From contig CALXVQ010000001.1 of assembly GCA_944392135.1 (NCBI GenBank), positions 100,931-164,930 of the forward strand: 64,000 nucleotides of DNA, written 5' to 3'. Numbering within the stretch: position 1 is the stretch's first letter; the number at the start of each line of letters is the position of its first letter. Source of the stretch: an uncultured Rickettsiales bacterium (GTDB lineage Bacteria; Pseudomonadota; Alphaproteobacteria; Rickettsiales; UBA1997). The notes beneath the pieces were generated by a model that did no database searches, was not told the DNA's origin, and was given only the letters and a program-made list of their open reading frames with translations. Shown one piece after another: positions 10,192 through 18,408 of the stretch. The position numbers were made by a program, and so were the translations under genes.

Positions 10192-10951
10192 AAATGGTGG
10201 AAAAAGGTATGATATTTTTAAAAATATTAATAATAAAGATGAATCATTTATTAACAAATATATAATTAAAAAATTTTCAACTGTGTGGTATAAACTTTAT
10301 AAAAGAGAAATACAAGAAAAATATAATATATTTTTTGATAATACTATTAAAGTTGGTGAAGATGGTATATTTAATATATTCTTTTTTTCTAAATCTAATA
10401 ATATAATATTTATTAGCCCGAATAGTTTTTATTATTATAATAAAACAAATAATAATTCCATTTTGACATTAGCAGAATATAAAACATTTTTTGATAATAC
10501 ATTTAATGCGATAACAAAAACATATCATTATATAAAAGAAAATAATTTATTTGATAAAGTAATAGGATTTAATTTATGTGATTTGGAAGTTGCATTATTT
10601 TCAAAACATTTTAATCAAGAAAAATATAATAAAGATAAACAAATAGACTACCAAAAAGTAAGAGATTTTATTTTGACTATTAAAGACGATGTTTTAGCAA
10701 ATAAAGAATTATATTTGCAAGAAGAAATTAATTTTATAAATAATATTGAAAAATATAAGACATACAATGAATATAGAAAATATTATGATTCAAATAAATT
10801 TATAAAATATATAATATCTATAATTATAATTATTATTTGGTCTATATTATTCATATATGTATTGTATATCTTTTATCAAATATATAAAGATTTTAGAAAA
10901 GGCATTAATCCATTTAAAAATAATAGAGTTTATAAAAAAGATAGTCAATAA
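9692..10951 (+). CDS. Family-2 glycosyltransferase, paralogue B
   Basis: The first 169 aa are identical to paralogue A. The middle and C-terminal regions diverge, and the last ~20 aa are similar again (YKDFRKGINPFKNN). Confidence 0.8.
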   Translation: MKKILFYITLSFCVLFNYTFAENIEETKIITENNNNNNNNNNNKPLVSVIMPVYNAEEFLDRSISSVINQTYDNLEILLIDDCSTDNSYNILKEYAKKDKRIKIFHNQENQHVSETRNVGIRNSTGKYLYFIDSDDFIDNDYIEHLVNTAEKENADVVVNPNIYQYKNGGKRYDIFKNINNKDESFINKYIIKKFSTVWYKLYKREIQEKYNIFFDNTIKVGEDGIFNIFFFSKSNNIIFISPNSFYYYNKTNNNSILTLAEYKTFFDNTFNAITKTYHYIKENNLFDKVIGFNLCDLEVALFSKHFNQEKYNKDKQIDYQKVRDFILTIKDDVLANKELYLQEEINFINNIEKYKTYNEYRKYYDSNKFIKYIISIIIIIIWSILFIYVLYIFYQIYKDFRKGINPFKNNRVYKKDSQ

Positions 10952-10986
10952 GACTATCTTAATTTTTTTCTATTATTAAAGAATAA

Positions 10987-11592
10987 TTACATAAACATAT
11001 TACTATCTAGTGATGTAGCAACTAAGCCACTTTTTAAAACTTCAATCTCATCAGTTAGATTTTCAAGCCTTTCCATTAATTCATTATTTTTTTCTTCTTC
11101 ATTTATGAATTGGAAAATAATTATATCATTTCTGTATAAAATAGTGCTACCATTGTAATCACTAACTAAATCCATAATTCTTGAAATTTGTGGGTTATCT
11201 TCTTTAACCTTTACTAAGATTAATTCTCTTTCTATATAATTATTAGCCTGAAAGTTAGAAGCACTAACAACGACATCAAGTTTTCTTAAACCATCAAGTA
11301 AAGAATTAATTCTTTGTCTATCACCGGTAATATATAAAATAACTCTATGTTGTAAATTGTTTAATTTAAAGTTAGAAAGAACAAGTCTTTCAATATTCAT
11401 GTTGTTTGCAGCACAATAACTTGTAACTTTTGTTAAACTACCTTTAACATTATTGATAACAACAGACAATAAACTCTTTTCATTTTCATTTATAGGTCTT
11501 GAAGTTGGTTGTTGTTCGTTATTATTATTATCATCAACAAGTAAATCATCATGATTTGTATTATTTCCACTAAAAATATTTTCCATTTGCAT
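10987..11592 (-). CDS. Acetolactate synthase small (regulatory) subunit-like ACT-domain protein, orphan
   Basis: LSVVINNVKGSLTKVTSYCAANNMNIERLVLS...ITGD...LDVVV...ERELILVKVK is collinear with IlvH/IlvN. There is an ~40-aa Asn-rich N-terminal extension and no large-subunit gene nearby. Confidence 0.6.
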   Translation of the reverse strand: MQMENIFSGNNTNHDDLLVDDNNNNEQQPTSRPINENEKSLLSVVINNVKGSLTKVTSYCAANNMNIERLVLSNFKLNNLQHRVILYITGDRQRINSLLDGLRKLDVVVSASNFQANNYIERELILVKVKEDNPQISRIMDLVSDYNGSTILYRNDIIIFQFINEEEKNNELMERLENLTDEIEVLKSGLVATSLDSNMFM

Positions 11593-11709
11593 AACCTTTT
11601 ATGAAACCATAACTACATAATATTTATTATTTTTAAAAAATCAATATAAATTATATTGACAATTTTATAAATAAATATATAACTAATTTAGTTAATTTTT
11701 TTTAATAAA

Positions 11710-11838
11710 ATGTTTAAAAATATAATACTAATATTATTTTTATTATTAACAGCTTGTATGTCATTTGAAGAAAATAATGAATTAGCTATACCACCTATTG
11801 CAAAAGGTGAAATTACAATAACAAATAGTCAAAAATGA
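11710..11838 (+). CDS. Small putative lipoprotein (42 aa), absent from the ORF track
   Basis: MFKNIILILFLLLTAC carries an LTAC lipobox. Its stop overlaps the next start (ATGA at 11835-11838), suggesting translational coupling. Confidence 0.4.
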   Translation: MFKNIILILFLLLTACMSFEENNELAIPPIAKGEITITNSQK

Positions 11839-12566
11839 AACAAATTACAGAAATTACACCAAGTATTTTTTATTACATTCAATATATATTAATTGAATCT
11901 GGCAATGATTCGGATAATTCAAGTTTTGCTGAAATTCACGATAGATTATATTCGCCTAAAATTTTTACTCCGGAAGAGTTTGCTGAAGAAGTTTTTTATG
12001 TGATTTGTGTAGCTGGTTTTAAACAAGAAACAGCTAAAAAAATGTGTAATAAAGTTAAAGATTATATTAAAAAAAACCCCAACCCGGATTTTAATGATAT
12101 GATTAAAATTTATGGCAATGTCAATAAGGTAAAAGCTATTATTAAAGTATGGAATGAAAGGAAGGAACTACACAAACAATTTTATTCTTTATCAACACCA
12201 GAAGAAAAATTAGGCTTTTTAGCAAAATTGCCACATATAGGAAATATTACAAAATATCATATAGCTAGAAATTTAGGAATTAATTTTGTAAAATATGACA
12301 TATGGATTCAAAGATTAGGTGTTGCCTTATATGGAACTGATGAATATGTTGACAAAATTAGTAATAGCAAACTTAACCCAAAAATTAAAGAAATGTGCGA
12401 TCAAATGTTTTCTAAATTAGAATCACAAATAAATGAAAAAACTGGTTATATAGATGTTGTATTATGGAAAGCTTGCCAACAAGGTGTTCTTGTTATTGAT
12501 GGCAGAAAAGTATTTTTTAACCCTGACAAATTTAATCTTCAAAAAACATCACCAGATTTTACATAA
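11835..12566 (+). CDS. Hypothetical protein with helix-hairpin-helix (HhH-GPD-like) motif
   Basis: LAKLPHIGNITKYHIARNLGINFVKYDIWIQRLG resembles the HhH plus Asp region of EndoIII/AlkA-type glycosylases. The match is weak and by eye only. Confidence 0.35.
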   Translation: MKQITEITPSIFYYIQYILIESGNDSDNSSFAEIHDRLYSPKIFTPEEFAEEVFYVICVAGFKQETAKKMCNKVKDYIKKNPNPDFNDMIKIYGNVNKVKAIIKVWNERKELHKQFYSLSTPEEKLGFLAKLPHIGNITKYHIARNLGINFVKYDIWIQRLGVALYGTDEYVDKISNSKLNPKIKEMCDQMFSKLESQINEKTGYIDVVLWKACQQGVLVIDGRKVFFNPDKFNLQKTSPDFT

Positions 12567-13246
12567 TTATAAGTACCATCTTGTAATTTCATAACCAATG
12601 TTCCATCTTTATCTAAATTCTCAAATATTCCTTTTGTACCATCAACCTCAATCTCTTGTTGAAATTTATAGCAACCTTTTAACCATTTTACTCTAATAGA
12701 TGAAAAACCAACCCTTTCCCATTCATTTAATAAAAAGCTAAAATTACTTAAAAATTCTTTTAATAAATCATATCTACTTACAATTATACCTTCATCTTTT
12801 AAAGATGTAGCTTTAAAATTCGTATTTTCTGGAAAATTATTAATATTTGTCCCTGTCCCTATGATTACTTTATTATCATCAAATTCAAGCAAAATACCAA
12901 CAACTTTTTTATCATTTACTAAAACATCATTAGGCCATTTGCAAACTACGGAATTATTTTTAGTATCAAAATTTTTAATAGCATATCTCATTGCTACACT
13001 AGTTATAAAAGAAACTTGGCTATAATCTAAACCCTTTTTATTGGCATCAATCATTAATGAAAAATATAAATTGTCATTATTCTCACTATGCCATATTCTG
13101 TTTCCTTTGCCTTTGCCTGCTGTTTGTTTTTTAGAAATAACAACTGTATTTACTTTAAATTGTTTTACAACATTCATTGTAGAATCAACTTCATCATATT
13201 CAATTATATCATAATTCAAGTATTTTTCTTGATTAATTATATTCAT
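12539..13246 (-). CDS. birA: Biotin-[acetyl-CoA-carboxylase] ligase (class I, no HTH)
   Basis: The QTAGKGKGNRIWHS loop corresponds to GRGRxGRxW. KWPNDVLVNDKKVVGILLE is also typical, and the length (235 aa) fits. Confidence 0.8.
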   Translation of the reverse strand: MNIINQEKYLNYDIIEYDEVDSTMNVVKQFKVNTVVISKKQTAGKGKGNRIWHSENNDNLYFSLMIDANKKGLDYSQVSFITSVAMRYAIKNFDTKNNSVVCKWPNDVLVNDKKVVGILLEFDDNKVIIGTGTNINNFPENTNFKATSLKDEGIIVSRYDLLKEFLSNFSFLLNEWERVGFSSIRVKWLKGCYKFQQEIEVDGTKGIFENLDKDGTLVMKLQDGTYNYVKSGDVF

Positions 13247-14216
13247 TTTTAATGCCTAATTTATTAAGTGTTTTTTTAAAATCTTGTGGTAATGGAGCTT
13301 TTATTTCTAAATCTTTATCAAAAAAATTTTTTATTTTAATATAATAAGCATGTAAATGCATATCATTACTTAAACCATCAATAAAAGCTTTTTTTGAGCC
13401 ATATTTACCATCACCTAAAATAGGATGACCTATTTCTTTCATATGCACTCTAATTTGATGAGTTCTACCAGTAAGTAATTTTACTTCAACTAAACTAACA
13501 TTATATTTTGTTGAATAACCAATAACTTTATATAATGTAATAGCATTTTTACCTTCCTTTTCGTCTTTGTAAACTTTTTCAACTCCATTTTCAACCTTTT
13601 TTAATAATGGAATATTAATTTCCCCTTGATCTTTTGAAAATTTACCAATAACTAATGCTAAATAAATTTTGTCAATATTTTGATCTTTGTTTTTAAAATA
13701 GTTTGATAATAAATCAGCTGATTCTCTATTTTTTGCTAAAATCAATATGCCACTAGTATCTTTATCTAATCTATGAACTAATTTAGGAATTTCGCCATTA
13801 TTATCTTTTAAATATTTTAAATAATCATTGACACTTTTTTCTATTTTTGTGCCACTTTGTACAGCTAACCCCTTAGGTTTATTAATTACAAAAACATTAT
13901 TATCTTCATAAATTATATATTTTTTAAATTTTTCTAACTCATAATTAGAAATATTAATTTCTTTTTTTTCTTTTTTATTTTTAGGTTTTGAATTAAAAAT
14001 TTTAATTATAAAATCAGTTAGATAAATATTATCACCAGTTTTTAAATGATAATTATTTTGTGTAGATTTCATATTTATTAAAATATCTTTATTTCTTAAT
14101 GCTTTTTGAATTAAAACATTATTAGTATTTCTAAAAATACTTTGCAAAAATTTATCTAGCCTTAAACCAGAATATTTATTTTCAATAATGATATTTTGAT
14201 ATTTATTTTCTTTCAT
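13233..14216 (-). CDS. RluA-family 23S rRNA pseudouridine synthase (RluC/RluD-like)
   Basis: S4-like N-terminus, catalytic HRLDKDTSGILILAKN, and GRTHQIRVHM. Confidence 0.85.
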   Translation of the reverse strand: MKENKYQNIIIENKYSGLRLDKFLQSIFRNTNNVLIQKALRNKDILINMKSTQNNYHLKTGDNIYLTDFIIKIFNSKPKNKKEKKEINISNYELEKFKKYIIYEDNNVFVINKPKGLAVQSGTKIEKSVNDYLKYLKDNNGEIPKLVHRLDKDTSGILILAKNRESADLLSNYFKNKDQNIDKIYLALVIGKFSKDQGEINIPLLKKVENGVEKVYKDEKEGKNAITLYKVIGYSTKYNVSLVEVKLLTGRTHQIRVHMKEIGHPILGDGKYGSKKAFIDGLSNDMHLHAYYIKIKNFFDKDLEIKAPLPQDFKKTLNKLGIKNEYN

Positions 14217-14775
14217 TTTTGTAAGCTGTTTCTAACATTTCAAGTCTTTTATCTAAAAATCTTAATTCTTTTTTAATTCTTTCTATTGAATACAAAACCT
14301 CGACATCGTTTCTATTTACATTTACAACACCTTTCCACATAACTGTGATTATTGTAGCTAGACAAACTATACCAACAGATAATGAAATAACCATCCATTT
14401 TGCAAGGCTAAAATTAGCTTCTAATTCTTCTGTAAAACTTTTTAAATCATTTATTTCTCTTTCAATCTTTATAAATTGATTATCAGCATTTTTTGTGTGA
14501 TTATCTATATAACTATTATATTTATCAAATTCATATTGAGCTTTATTTAATGTATCAGTGACTCTTTTTCTTAATTCTGGTGATACCTTTTCATCACCTA
14601 TAACATCTAAGGCATTAATAGACTTTATATTTTTATTCATACCAACTCGTTCAATAACATTATTATTTTGCTGATTAGTTGTATTATTATTTATTAATTT
14701 TTGTTCTGTAGCAAAAGATAAATTAATAAAAATTAAAAAATAAAATATTATAGCTGATAAAATATTTTTTTTCAT
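14203..14775 (-). CDS. Hypothetical bitopic coiled-coil protein
   Basis: Signal peptide, Asn/Gln-rich linker, coiled-coil, one TM (WMVISLSVGIVCLATIITVMW), then a cytoplasmic coiled-coil. Confidence 0.45.
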   Translation of the reverse strand: MKKNILSAIIFYFLIFINLSFATEQKLINNNTTNQQNNNVIERVGMNKNIKSINALDVIGDEKVSPELRKRVTDTLNKAQYEFDKYNSYIDNHTKNADNQFIKIEREINDLKSFTEELEANFSLAKWMVISLSVGIVCLATIITVMWKGVVNVNRNDVEVLYSIERIKKELRFLDKRLEMLETAYKNERK

Positions 14776-14940
14776 AATAATTAAATATGTTAATTCTATT
14801 ATTTATTAAATAAAAAATATTTTTAATATTCAAGCTTTATTTTATATATATTTATTATTGGTATTTTTTTATAAAAAAAGGTTGCAAAATAAAATATAAT
14901 AAGTTAGAATCGTTGTGTAATAATTAATTTAAGGAAAAAT

Positions 14941-15264
14941 ATGGTAAAAAAAATATTTTTATTAACTTTATTCACACTCACATTTATTAGCATTTCTCAT
15001 GCTGCTACTGTTGATGCTATGACACAAACTTTATGTAATGTTTATCAATTTATTACTGGCGGTGTAGGAAAGGCTATTTGTTCTTTCGTTATTGTTGGTG
15101 TTGGTATTGGTTTCTTCACAGGAAAAGTATCTTGGGGTACATTAATTGGTGTTACATTGGGTATTGCATCATTATTTGGTGGACCTTCTATTATGGCCGC
15201 TATTACAGGTGGAGATGCTCCTTGTACAGGTGTTTCTTATGACGAAATTGGTAGTTCAATATAG
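14941..15264 (+). CDS. VirB2/TrbC-like T4SS pilin subunit
   Basis: 107 aa. A signal peptide ending in SHA-A is followed by two Gly-rich hydrophobic helices (GGVGKAICSFVIVGVGIGFF...LIGVTLGIASLFGGPSIMAAITGG), the usual VirB2 layout. A terminator follows. Confidence 0.65.
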   Translation: MVKKIFLLTLFTLTFISISHAATVDAMTQTLCNVYQFITGGVGKAICSFVIVGVGIGFFTGKVSWGTLIGVTLGIASLFGGPSIMAAITGGDAPCTGVSYDEIGSSI

Positions 15265-15292
15265 TTTTTTAATAATAATGATTATTTATAAA

Positions 15293-15318
15293 CCACTAGA
15301 AAATCTAGTGGTTTTTTC
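15293..15318 (+). terminator. Rho-independent terminator of the virB2-like gene
   Basis: Stem ccactag (15293-15299) pairs with ctagtgg (15305-15311) and is followed by a T6 run. Confidence 0.65.
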
Positions 15319-15343
15319 AATTTTTAATTTTCAATTTCTTATG

Positions 15344-15846
15344 GATTGCCACAAAATTTTGTTTGACTGTCATAATGCTCCATACCAAGATTGCCACGAA
15401 CCTTCGGTTCTCGCAATGACGAGTTTTGTTTGCCACAATAGTACCTTATCCCGAGATTGCCACAGGCCTTCGGCTTTCTCAATGACAGCACTTTTTCGTC
15501 ATTGCGAGGAGTGAAACGACGAAGCAATCCACAACCACTAACAACAAACACAAAAGCAGAAAAGAAAAAGAATTCCATGAATGAATAATTGTACCCCATA
15601 CTGAGATTGCCACGAACCTTCGGTTCTCGCAATGACAAACCAAGAATAATAAGATTATCACTACTTCTACAAAGTCTTGTAATGACAGTGTGGGTTGGGT
15701 GTGGTGGTTGGCATACCGAGATTGCCACAGCTTTTTCAAAGCCTTGCAATGACAAGTCCCATAATCGCAATAATAGCTTTATAATTTGCAATGACAGTGT
15801 GTGGGTACTGTCATTACAAGTGAAGCGAAGCAATCCACAACCACTA
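15344..15846. repeat. Cluster of hairpin (MITE/RPE-like) repeat units, composite element 1
   Basis: There are 5 type-A units, gagattgccac-[variable hairpin]-cgcaatgac (for example 15389-15420 and 15605-15636, which are identical). Type-B ends are gtcattgcgag...gaagcaatccacaaccac (15498-15538) and atgacagt...actgtcattacaagtgaagcgaagcaatccacaaccact (15786-15846). Confidence 0.85.
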
Positions 15847-16005
15847 CTTCTTTATTTATTTATAGAAAAATAAAAGAATTCACCAATAGAATAATTAATT
15901 ATACAAATACAATAATAATACAAAACAGAAAATAAAAAGAAATAAACAATAATAAAATAAGTAATAATATTAATAATGGTATAATAAATATATAATAATA
16001 AATCA

Positions 16006-16881
16006 TTGATTTTAAAATTGATAGAATTATCATATGATTATATAATATTAATATTAAATCAATATATGAACAGTAGTAATCAAGAAATAAAAACAATAAA
16101 TAAAAGCTTGTGGCGGATATTATTTTATAAATATTTTAATATAATAAATAAAATAATATCTAATTTGATTAGTTATATATTTTATCAATATAAATCTAAA
16201 ATCAAATTTAATAATACAAATAATATCTTTGCATTTTCACTTATTGAATTATCAATAGTATTAATTATTATTGGTCTATTAGTAGCTGGCATAACTGGTG
16301 GGGCGAGTTTGATTGAGAGTGCAAAGATTAGAAATTTTATTAATGAAGTTAATTCGTGGAGACAAGCTTTATATATTTTTAAAATTGAACACGATAGATT
16401 GCCGGGTGATTTAAATAACGATGGTTTTTTAGGTGGTTGGTGTGGTGGCAGTACATGTCCTAATGGTCATAACAAATCAGGTGAGGTATATACAAAAAAT
16501 AGCTTTCCAAGTCCATATAATAATAAAGTACAACCGAGTGATGCTGGAGCATTTATTGAATTATATTTAGCTGGTATTACAAATATTCAACCAGATCCAG
16601 AAAATTTTGTACAACCACCATTAAAAATTATTCCAGATTTAACTTGGAGTTTTATTCAATTTAGTAATTATACTAGACAAAATTATTGGTTAACTGGAGC
16701 TAAAAGTAATACAACTTGGATGGTTTCAAATTCAAATTTAGCTAAAGATAGTTATAATAATATAGTTGATGCAGTTGATAAAAAAATGGATGATGGTATA
16801 TGCAATAGTGGTAATGTTAGGTGTACTCATGCTGATTTTAAAGAAGGAAATAGACTTGCTGTTTTTTTAATAGGGGAATAA
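16006..16881 (+). CDS. Prepilin-type (type IV pilin/pseudopilin-like) protein; start codon uncertain
   Basis: NNIFA|FSLIELSIVLIIIGLLVAGITGG is a class-III signal-like motif with Glu at +5 (mature F at about nt 16234). SLIESAKIRNFINEVNSWRQALYIF follows, as in pilin N-terminal helices. The leader would be 55-76 aa depending on which ATG is used. Confidence 0.6.
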   Translation: MILKLIELSYDYIILILNQYMNSSNQEIKTINKSLWRILFYKYFNIINKIISNLISYIFYQYKSKIKFNNTNNIFAFSLIELSIVLIIIGLLVAGITGGASLIESAKIRNFINEVNSWRQALYIFKIEHDRLPGDLNNDGFLGGWCGGSTCPNGHNKSGEVYTKNSFPSPYNNKVQPSDAGAFIELYLAGITNIQPDPENFVQPPLKIIPDLTWSFIQFSNYTRQNYWLTGAKSNTTWMVSNSNLAKDSYNNIVDAVDKKMDDGICNSGNVRCTHADFKEGNRLAVFLIGE

Positions 16882-16882
16882 T

Positions 16883-17923
16883 TTATTTAATAATTCCAAT
16901 AAAACCAATAATTAAACATGTTAAAGCAAACAGCCAAAATATAAAAATTACTTTTCTTTCTGACCAGCCACATTTTTCAAAATGATGATGTAATGGAGCC
17001 ATTTTGAAAATCTTTCTACCAAAAAGTATATATGATGAAACTTGTATTGTACTAGATAATATTTCTATAACAAATATTAAGCCAATAATACCATAAAATA
17101 CTTCATAACCTAATATTATTGATATAATTGCTAATAAAGCACCATACATTAATGAACCAACATCTCCCATAAATATTTTTGCGGGGTATACATTATAAAT
17201 AAAAAAACCAATACCAGTTCCAACAATTGCAGAACATAAAATTGATAATGAAGATAAATCATTATTGTTTAAAATGGTAAATAATGTATTTTCAGCATTT
17301 GGTACATTAAAATAAGAAATAAAACCTAATGCTGATGCACAAAAAATAATAGGTATAATTGCTAAACCATCTAAACCATCTGTAATATTTACAGCATTAG
17401 CTGAACCAGTAATAACAAAAACCAAAAATGGAATTAAAAAAATACCTAAATAAAGCATAGTGTGAAAAAATGGTATAAATACTTTCTCATCTCTAATAGT
17501 ATTTTCACCTATATAGTATAAAAATAAAACAGTAGTAGTTGAAATCAATAATTGTAAAATTAATTTTATAGAACCTCTAAAACCAAAATCATTTTTGTAA
17601 AATACTTTTAAAAAATCGTCTATAAAACCTAATATAGCAAATGAAACTCCAACTAATAAACAAATTTTAATATATATATTGTTTAAATCGCAAAATAATA
17701 TTGTTGAAATAGTAATTGCTAAACAAGAAACTAAACCACCCATTGTAGGTGTTTTTCTTTTTATCATTAAATGAGTACTTGGACCATCAGATCTAATTGG
17801 TTGAAATGCTCTGTGATTTTTAAGATATGCAATTAAATATTTAATACCAATAATGGTAAATATTAAAGAAAATAAGAATGATAATATACAATTAGTCAAT
17901 ATAGACTCTATGCCAAACAACAT
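16883..17923 (-). CDS. mraY: Phospho-N-acetylmuramoyl-pentapeptide transferase
   Basis: KRKTPTMGG, NAVNITDGLDGLA, FMGDVGS and MAPLHHHFE motifs. Confidence 0.95.
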   Translation of the reverse strand: MLFGIESILTNCILSFLFSLIFTIIGIKYLIAYLKNHRAFQPIRSDGPSTHLMIKRKTPTMGGLVSCLAITISTILFCDLNNIYIKICLLVGVSFAILGFIDDFLKVFYKNDFGFRGSIKLILQLLISTTTVLFLYYIGENTIRDEKVFIPFFHTMLYLGIFLIPFLVFVITGSANAVNITDGLDGLAIIPIIFCASALGFISYFNVPNAENTLFTILNNNDLSSLSILCSAIVGTGIGFFIYNVYPAKIFMGDVGSLMYGALLAIISIILGYEVFYGIIGLIFVIEILSSTIQVSSYILFGRKIFKMAPLHHHFEKCGWSERKVIFIFWLFALTCLIIGFIGIIK

Positions 17924-18122
17924 TTTTATAATGGTTATTAATAAAATATGCTTAATAATGAATTAAAACTTTTTTAATTTCAAGTTTTTATTATAAATAA
18001 ATTATACCAATATAATAACAGTAATGAAAATATAATTATAAATAGTACTTTTTTGTATTTTAAGGCTTGATAATAAAAATTCTTTTGTTTACTCTTATGA
18101 CGAATAATTTTTATTTTAAGTG

Positions 18123-18398
18123 ATGAATTTAGAAGAATTAAGAATTGAAGTTGATAATGCTAATAAAGACATTGTAAAAGCAATATCTAAAAGATTTTTA
18201 GCAACTAGAAAAATTGGAGAATTGAAAGCAAAATCTAATTTATCTTCTGTTGATAAAAATAGAGAAAATATTGTTATAGAAAATGTTAGATTATTGGCGA
18301 AAGAAAATAATTTAGATGAAGATATGATGGAGAGAATTTTTAAAATTATAATGGAGGAAGTTGTTAAGGAACACAATAAAATAAAAGAAAATAATTAA
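18123..18398 (+). CDS. Chorismate mutase (AroQ class, monofunctional)
   Basis: About 91 aa, all-helical. LRIEVDNANKDIVKAISKRFLATRKIGELK fits the AroQ pattern R..ID.iD..i..Ll..R. First gene of the aro operon; the ATG at 18123 is preferred over the GTG at 18120. Confidence 0.7.
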   Translation: MNLEELRIEVDNANKDIVKAISKRFLATRKIGELKAKSNLSSVDKNRENIVIENVRLLAKENNLDEDMMERIFKIIMEEVVKEHNKIKENN

Positions 18399-18408
18399 TG
18401 AAGTAAAA

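Noticed and set aside
15344-15846. Possible CRISPR array (regularly recurring ~30-nt units)
   Set aside because: The units are imperfect, internally palindromic, irregularly spaced and of more than one type. There are no cas genes, and the same composite recurs at 22443-22655. This is MITE/RPE-like behaviour, not CRISPR.
15146-15873. Four overlapping track ORFs (15146-15514 +, 15339-15833 -, 15479-15739 -, 15589-15873 +) in the gap between the virB2-like and prepilin genes
   Set aside because: They are read-throughs of the hairpin repeat block. Their translations are the typical repeat-derived peptides (…SLREPKVRGNL…, …LLRRFTPRNDE…, …CHCEE…). They overlap each other on both strands and have no start context.
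15899-16096. 65-aa minus-strand ORF upstream of the prepilin gene
   Set aside because: It is pure Ile/Leu/Phe/Tyr translation of extremely AT-rich spacer and overlaps the 5' end of the prepilin ORF. There is no supporting signal.
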